From Candidatus Heimdallarchaeota archaeon (GTDB taxonomy: Archaea > Asgardarchaeota > Heimdallarchaeia > Hodarchaeales > Hodarchaeaceae), in contig JBHLSH010000053.1 of NCBI GenBank assembly GCA_048881705.1, positions 1-27,869 of the forward strand: a stretch of DNA of 27,869 nt. The letters run 5' to 3'. The notes below the pieces were generated by a model. It was not told the DNA's origin and did no database searches. It worked only from the letters and a program-made list of their open reading frames with translations. Made by a program: the position numbers and the translations under genes. Positions 22,379-27,869 of the stretch are shown here, one piece after another; position 1 is the first letter of the stretch; each line of letters opens with the position of its first letter.

Positions 22379-24013
22379 ATGAACATGCTCCTAACATCTT
22401 GTATCCTAAAGAACTTCAAGTCCATAGCTAATATCTCCCTTTATGGCCTTCAAAATCTTAATTGTTTTATCGGCCCGCATAATTCCGGCAAAACCAATAT
22501 CCTTGATGGAATTTCTACGTTTTTTGACCCATCTCAACGAGCTTACCTGCAACACAGGCAGATCGTGAGCTCAGGAACCCATTTGAATTCAGAGCGAGAA
22601 TTTGATAGAAATATCTTGACGTACCTAGGAGGAGGTAAGCAAATTCATGGGACCTTTTTATTCGATATTAAGGGAATTCGGAAAATTGGAAACGAAAACG
22701 AGGTCATTGGAGACTTTGTTAGGGAAATAGAGGGGTATTCCAGCATTGATCAGATTGGCAAGCTGGAATGGCAGCTCATGATGGATTCAGAGCAGTTTAC
22801 GTTGCTGGATCAAAAACTCTTCTTATATCTCCTGGAAGATAGGAGAATTGAGGTCGAATCATCGGATCTTCCGTTATTTCAGCAAACTTTCGGAACGACC
22901 TTTTTTTACAGATTTCCTGACAATATGAATACCCAAGTAAGTCTTTTAGAAACAAATTTATCCCGTTTGATTAAGAATAATGAGTACGAGCACATGGCTG
23001 CTATTGAAGACTTTTTGCGAGATATATTGGATCAGCAAATTGTTTTCGAGCCATCAGATGGAAAAGGAATTGAGGTAACTATTGAAAACGCTTTTACAAG
23101 TCCATTATCACGAATTTCCTCGAGTACGCAGCGCCTTGTCCTAATGTCGTATGTCTTAACGAGTACCCCTAACCCTCGAATTATTTTGATCGATAACCCA
23201 AATCTCTATTTACACCCTAAAGGTGAACGAAAACTCGCCAAAAAGTTCGTTAATTTGGATAACAAGCAAATTTTTCTTTCTACTCACTCAACTCGCCTTT
23301 TAATAGGGAATGCATTTTTAGTAGATCTGAAAAGAGGTTTTACTCGCGTTCGTACCATTCGAGGGGAGAAATCAATGAAAGATGTGATTAAACTTCTCGG
23401 TATAAGGCCGTCTGATAGTTTTGGCGCCGATATAGTGATATTTGTTGAGGGCAGAACTGATGCTAGAGTTTATCGAGCTTTTGAGAATATTATTGCGGTT
23501 TCCTCTAAGACACAGAGCTTTCCTAGAACTAAGATTGCCTACGTTGGAGTTGGTGGATGGACAAATATCAGGTTTGCCCTTCATCTAGAACTCTTACGCA
23601 GCAAATTTGTAAGAAGTCGAGCACTTGCCATAACTGATGGAGACATAAAGAATTCAGCAACATATTCTCAGATAAAACATAATTGGAGTTCAGTATTCTC
23701 AGAAAACTCTTTTTTCAGTTTAAAAGAGGAATGTATTGAATCTCTCTTTTTGAATAATCCCATAGTCTTTTATCGGAAAACTGAAGCCAGTGGTAATCAA
23801 CGAAAATTACCTCCAATCGAAAAATTAAAGGATTCCATCTCCAAAAAACGACGACGCCGTAGTGATAAAATGATTACCAGAGAAATCATAGAAAAGTATT
23901 TTGAGAAACGTTATACGTCATCCATAGCAGAACAACTTGCTAAGTTGTTTAGGGCAGAAGAAATACCAGAATATTTGGCAAGTTTTTTTAGGACTGAAGT
24001 GATCAACACATAA
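22379..24013 (+). CDS. OLD-family-like ABC-ATPase + TOPRIM protein with degenerate Walker B (544 aa)
   Basis: Walker A GPHNSGKT, signature-like ISSSTQR, Walker B/D-loop IILIDNPNLYLHP, H-loop STHS, TOPRIM FVEGRTD and TDGD. Confidence 0.85.
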   Translation: MNMLLTSCILKNFKSIANISLYGLQNLNCFIGPHNSGKTNILDGISTFFDPSQRAYLQHRQIVSSGTHLNSEREFDRNILTYLGGGKQIHGTFLFDIKGIRKIGNENEVIGDFVREIEGYSSIDQIGKLEWQLMMDSEQFTLLDQKLFLYLLEDRRIEVESSDLPLFQQTFGTTFFYRFPDNMNTQVSLLETNLSRLIKNNEYEHMAAIEDFLRDILDQQIVFEPSDGKGIEVTIENAFTSPLSRISSSTQRLVLMSYVLTSTPNPRIILIDNPNLYLHPKGERKLAKKFVNLDNKQIFLSTHSTRLLIGNAFLVDLKRGFTRVRTIRGEKSMKDVIKLLGIRPSDSFGADIVIFVEGRTDARVYRAFENIIAVSSKTQSFPRTKIAYVGVGGWTNIRFALHLELLRSKFVRSRALAITDGDIKNSATYSQIKHNWSSVFSENSFFSLKEECIESLFLNNPIVFYRKTEASGNQRKLPPIEKLKDSISKKRRRRSDKMITREIIEKYFEKRYTSSIAEQLAKLFRAEEIPEYLASFFRTEVINT

Positions 24014-24094
24014 ACCTCCCCTACATAAGGAAGCCAGATTGGCCAAGGTTGTATGTTCAGGGAATTTTAGTTCTGCAAAGTTGAAGGCATTCAT

Positions 24095-24985
24095 ATGAAT
24101 CGAGTGGTCATCTCCGGGCTCCAAAATTCGGGTAAATCCTCGATCTTTAGAGAAGCTTACCAAAACTTGGCCCCTTCATCACATGATGAGGAGGACTATT
24201 ACAGGGGTAAAATTCTAAAGGCAAAATCCTTGGAGAAACTCCTCAAAATCGAATTTGATGAAGTATCGGGAGACCACCTGGGAAATCTCCCTAAATCTCA
24301 AATCAAGGAATATTTTCGGGGTGCAGCTGCATTGATTTGGACAGTCGACGTATCTGATGAACGCACGATTTCTACTTCCCTCTTTTATTGGGATCTATTG
24401 GTTAAAAAAATGGATTCCTTTCCCTTTTTATTAAAATACGTATGCTTCCACAAAACCGATCTAGTCGAAAATATGGAGCAGAAACAAGAATTTTTCGGTT
24501 CATTACGCCAAGATTTTACCTCAATTACCCTAACGCCTCCTGTTTTCTACTATACATCGCTTCAAGACAATTCCACACATGTTCTTATGGCAAGGGTCCT
24601 TCAAAACATTCAAGAAAAATCTATCGTTTTTAAACAAATGGAACACAAGATCAAGGAGTTTCTCCTGACGAATGAAGATTTTTTTGGTGCCGTGGTAATT
24701 TCAAACGAAGGTTTAGCCGTAATTGAGGCAGGGGAAGATGTTGAATACGTTACTTTGCCCGCCAATCTATGGCTGAGTACGAATGATCGTCTTCGTGAGG
24801 CATTTAATATCCAAGAGGGACTCGCTTGTACCATCCATTTAGATGAACAAACTCTGATATTCTTTGATCTGAATCCTGAACTTCTCTTATGCACTATTTC
24901 GAAAAAAGAAGCCCCGCTCCAATTTTCCTTTGTAAGATCCGATTTGCTTGGACAAGCGCTTTGTGCAATACTCAAAGAAGTGTGA
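24095..24985 (+). CDS. Rag/Gtr-like GTPase with C-terminal roadblock domain (296 aa)
   Basis: G1 GLQNSGKS, degenerate G3 DEVSGD, YFRGAAALIWTVD, Rag-type G4 HKTD, G5 TSL. The C-terminal ~120 aa is roadblock-like (FFGAVVISNEGLAVIEA...TLIFFDL..ELLLCTI). Confidence 0.72.
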   Translation: MNRVVISGLQNSGKSSIFREAYQNLAPSSHDEEDYYRGKILKAKSLEKLLKIEFDEVSGDHLGNLPKSQIKEYFRGAAALIWTVDVSDERTISTSLFYWDLLVKKMDSFPFLLKYVCFHKTDLVENMEQKQEFFGSLRQDFTSITLTPPVFYYTSLQDNSTHVLMARVLQNIQEKSIVFKQMEHKIKEFLLTNEDFFGAVVISNEGLAVIEAGEDVEYVTLPANLWLSTNDRLREAFNIQEGLACTIHLDEQTLIFFDLNPELLLCTISKKEAPLQFSFVRSDLLGQALCAILKEV

Positions 24986-25058
24986 AATGATTCTTCGGTT
25001 TTCGTTTTTCGAACTATCCTCTGTAAAAAGTTTTTAAATCGGTCTTTTGCTAAAAAAG

Positions 25059-25067
25059 TTTTTTTTT
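25059..25067 (+). terminator. Possible T-run terminator
   Basis: T9 run about 75 nt after the stop at 24985. Confidence 0.3.
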
Positions 25068-25141
25068 GATTTCCTCAAAGATCAAATTGTAAGTATCCTC
25101 CCTTCAAACGACATACAAACTCCTATCGTTGGTGATATCTT

Positions 25142-26584
25142 ATGTCAAATGATGTTAAGGCGAAAATTAAGGCCGTACTCGACACAGAAAATGTAATGTA
25201 TCTTGCCACGGCTGTAGATGGCATTCCCTCCGTATCTTCGGTTTTTTATGGCTATGATCCAGAAACTTTTGAATTATTCTTTTTCACTTTCACCCCCACG
25301 GTGAAAGGGGTTCACATTGGCTTCAATAAGAAAGTCCAGGTTCATATTTCTAAAAAAGCGGATGGCATGGAAATAATAGGAGTACAAGTAACTGGCCGAG
25401 CAGAAAAGATCAAAGATGAAGAAACTATAGAAAAAATTAAGCCATTGATTAATGAGGCTTCTAATTCGGCCTTTGTTGACTATTACGATCTTCCTGTAGC
25501 AGGTTGGTACCGAATAATTCCAACACAGATCAAGTATATCGATTTTTTTTCTGATCCCCAATTTGAATTTCTGGAGTTTCGAGAAAACCAGCCATCGTTT
25601 TTTCGCAATTTTGGAGAAGCGCTTATCTCCCGATTCAAGGTATGGGTAGCTACCACTAGGGCTCCTTTCTTTACAGCGTCAATTATTCCAGTATTAGTCG
25701 GAGCGGCACTGGCATTTAGCATAACTGGGGTAATTCATTGGTTTTATCTGTTCCTGACCTTAATAGGTGGTGTATTACTGCACGCAGGTACGAACATGCT
25801 TAATGACTATTTTGACCACACTTCACGCAATGATGAGAACAATCAACACGGATTCATCCCGTTTTTTGGCGGATCTCGGATGATTCAAACAGGTACAATG
25901 TCAAGTTTGAAGATCGGTATTGCTGCTTGGATCTGTTTCATCATCGGAAGTTTAATAGGACTTTACCTTGAATCACAAATTGGGGGTCAAGTGATTACAT
26001 CTCTTGTGATATTTGGCGCGTTTTTAGGTGTTTTTTATACCGCAGATCCACTACGAATTGGGTACCGTGGATTGGGCGAACTCACCGTTGCCCTTGGCTT
26101 CGGGCCAGCTTATACACTCGTCTCATTGTATGTTCAAGTTGGTGCAACGGGTACTCCGTTGGATCTTACGTTATGGATTGTTGGGATGTTCTGGTCAGTC
26201 CCCTTGGCGCTCTTGGTTGCAAATATTCTACTCATAAATGAATTCCAAGATTATGAAGCTGATCTTAAAGTAGGTAAAAGGACCTTGCCAGTCCGTCTTG
26301 GTAAGAAACGTGCTCTGTCTATTTACAAACAGATAAACGCCTTAGCGTATGTAGTAATATTGGCTGGAGCAGTCGTGTTCTTCCAAAATGCGTTCTTAAC
26401 AGTATTAGCCTTGATCACTTTTCCTTTGGCTAGAAAAGCTATGGTTCATGCAGAAAAGCATTTTGATAAAATATTCGAGTTAATTCCAGCTAATGTTATG
26501 ACCATTGGTGTACATCTATTTACAGGTGCCCTGATAATTTTGGGCTTGGTTCTCACCAGAATTGTTCTTCCTATCCCCAGTTGA
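25142..26584 (+). CDS. menA: Fusion of a PNPOx-like flavin-binding split barrel and a MenA-like prenyltransferase (480 aa)
   Basis: GGTGA RBS. Residues ~1-145 have MYLATAVDGIP...VFY...LFFFT...K...FNKKVQV...GVQVTGRAE (PNPOx-like). The remainder has TRAPFF, NMLNDYFDH, GGSR, YTA.PL..GYRGLGE and NEFQDYEADLKVGKRTLPVRLG (MenA). The reading frame is continuous. Confidence 0.88.
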   Translation: MSNDVKAKIKAVLDTENVMYLATAVDGIPSVSSVFYGYDPETFELFFFTFTPTVKGVHIGFNKKVQVHISKKADGMEIIGVQVTGRAEKIKDEETIEKIKPLINEASNSAFVDYYDLPVAGWYRIIPTQIKYIDFFSDPQFEFLEFRENQPSFFRNFGEALISRFKVWVATTRAPFFTASIIPVLVGAALAFSITGVIHWFYLFLTLIGGVLLHAGTNMLNDYFDHTSRNDENNQHGFIPFFGGSRMIQTGTMSSLKIGIAAWICFIIGSLIGLYLESQIGGQVITSLVIFGAFLGVFYTADPLRIGYRGLGELTVALGFGPAYTLVSLYVQVGATGTPLDLTLWIVGMFWSVPLALLVANILLINEFQDYEADLKVGKRTLPVRLGKKRALSIYKQINALAYVVILAGAVVFFQNAFLTVLALITFPLARKAMVHAEKHFDKIFELIPANVMTIGVHLFTGALIILGLVLTRIVLPIPS

Positions 26585-26919
26585 ATATTGATTTAACGTC
26601 TATAGTCAGCGGTTTGTATTTTAGGGGATTCTAGTTTAATCCCTGCCCAAATTTTACCTTTTAAATACCCTAATATTGGGAAGATGAAAAATCATTTCCT
26701 CTATGATAACGAGAAATATATTTGATACCGAAAACCATCAGCATCTGTTTTTGGAGAAAAAGTCCTCTCTCAAATCTGGGGAATATTGACAGCAGAAAAA
26801 AGAAACATCAGTTTTCTTAAAGGTAATTTCAAATTCTTTATCAGGTCTCCCTTTACATAGTCCAGGTTATCCATTCATTAACGATAATGTGGAGTTCACC
26901 CCAACATTGGGTTGACAAG

Positions 26920-27869
26920 ATGTACGAAAATGAACGGTACGATGTAATAATATGTGGAGCTGGCGTGGCTGGATCTGCCACCGCAATACGGCTCATGCAA
27001 AAAAATCCCGAATTAAAGGTAGCATTAATAGATCGTGGAGACCCGATTGGATCAAAAAACGTATCAGGAGGGGTTTTATGGGGATCCGCTCTTGAGGAAA
27101 TCATTCCTGAATGGTGGACCAAAGCCCCCATCGAACGACGGATAATTCAGAAACGAACAGGACTTCTTACAAAAACAGATGCCTTAACCGTGGATTTTCA
27201 TTATCCGAATTGGAGATCAAATCCTGATGGATCTCCAAACGCTGTTAGTCTTCTTTTGGGAAAATTCGTGCATTGGTTAGCTAAAGAAGCGGAAAAAAAC
27301 GGTGCCCACGTTTATAGTGGAATTACCGTGGAGGATTTATCACGAGACCCAGAAGGACGTATCAATGGAATTTACCAAGCAGATGATTTCTTTGAATGCG
27401 ATGTGGTGGTAATTGCGGATGGTGCGAATTCTCGTCTAGCGTTGTCGTCTGGCCTCTGTAAAGAAATGAAAAAAGAACATTATGGATTGGCGGTAAAAGA
27501 GATTTTAAGCCTCTCCGCAAAGACTATTAATGATCGATTTAATAATCTAACCGCTACAACAGGTTTAGCTGCGGAATACGTCATAGGAGGACTCCCCAAT
27601 GGTATCCGTGCTGGTGGGTTTCTCTACACGAATGAGGAGACATTATCATTAGGAGTGATCATTCAGATTGACACGTTAACCGATCCAGAGTTTCCTCCAG
27701 TAAAGGTATACGAAGCTTTCAAACAACATCCTCATATTCGAAATTTGGTTGAAGGCGCCGAACTTCTGCAGTATTCTGCGCATTGGGTACCAGAGGGAGG
27801 GATTCATATGGTTCCCCAACTTTTCGATGATCACGTATTGGTTGTTGGAGACGCAGCGGGTCTCGTTCT
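26920..27869 (+). CDS. fixC: FixC-like FAD-dependent ETF:quinone oxidoreductase (partial, runs off the right edge)
   Basis: Open frame from ATG 26920 (alternative ATG 26887): YDVIICGAGVAG, IDRGDPIGSKNVSGG, ADGANS, GGFLYTN..TLSLG, YSAHWVPEGG, VVGDAAGLV. Not in the ORF track because it has no stop in the window. Confidence 0.9.
   Translation, partial: MYENERYDVIICGAGVAGSATAIRLMQKNPELKVALIDRGDPIGSKNVSGGVLWGSALEEIIPEWWTKAPIERRIIQKRTGLLTKTDALTVDFHYPNWRSNPDGSPNAVSLLLGKFVHWLAKEAEKNGAHVYSGITVEDLSRDPEGRINGIYQADDFFECDVVVIADGANSRLALSSGLCKEMKKEHYGLAVKEILSLSAKTINDRFNNLTATTGLAAEYVIGGLPNGIRAGGFLYTNEETLSLGVIIQIDTLTDPEFPPVKVYEAFKQHPHIRNLVEGAELLQYSAHWVPEGGIHMVPQLFDDHVLVVGDAAGLV

Noticed and set aside
25025-25067. 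Direct repeat AAAAAGTTTTT (two copies)
   Set aside because: Low-complexity A/T tracts, adequately explained as terminator/promoter sequence.
26853-27131. Minus-strand 92-aa ORF
   Set aside because: It is antisense to the clearly identifiable fixC frame.
1-27869. CRISPR arrays, tRNA/rRNA genes, transposases or terminal inverted repeats
   Set aside because: None were seen by eye. Nearly all the sequence is explained by protein-coding genes, and the intergenic gaps show no regularly spaced repeats or cloverleaf motifs. A tRNAscan/Infernal run would confirm.

Overview
This is a ~28 kb archaeal chromosomal window, most likely from an Asgard archaeon (inferred from gene content; Heimdallarchaeia/Hodarchaeales-like). 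It has archaeal AGGTGA/GGTGA-type RBS motifs. Eukaryotic-signature modules are dense: two Rab-like GTPases, one Rag-like GTPase-roadblock fusion and three longin-domain proteins. One longin is fused to a Bet3/V4R (TRAPP-like) domain, one protein appears to be a tandem longin, and one longin is the cytoplasmic tail of a 1611-aa single-pass surface protein. These genes are interleaved with metabolic genes: two SDRs, a two-subunit 2-hydroxyacyl-CoA dehydratase-family enzyme, heme O synthase, a flavin split-barrel-MenA fusion and FixC. Also present are a REC-GAF-PAS-HATPase sensor, an M48 protease, an APH-like kinase, a tandem GNAT and an OLD-like ABC-ATPase/TOPRIM protein. Reading outside the ORF track revealed several extras: partial genes at both ends (M20 peptidase, fixC), a probable non-AUG start for the sensor kinase, a decayed ba3-type oxidase subunit I remnant, a frameshifted membrane gene, an unlisted 42-aa paralogous membrane peptide and a G-U-rich structured leader. 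The two strongest candidates for an undescribed system are (i) a surface receptor with a cytoplasmic longin domain next to a Rab-like GTPase and (ii) a single-chain longin-Bet3 'mini-TRAPP' next to the other Rab-like GTPase. All family calls come from motif recognition by eye, no searches were run, and novelty could not be checked. No tRNA, rRNA, CRISPR array or transposase was seen.
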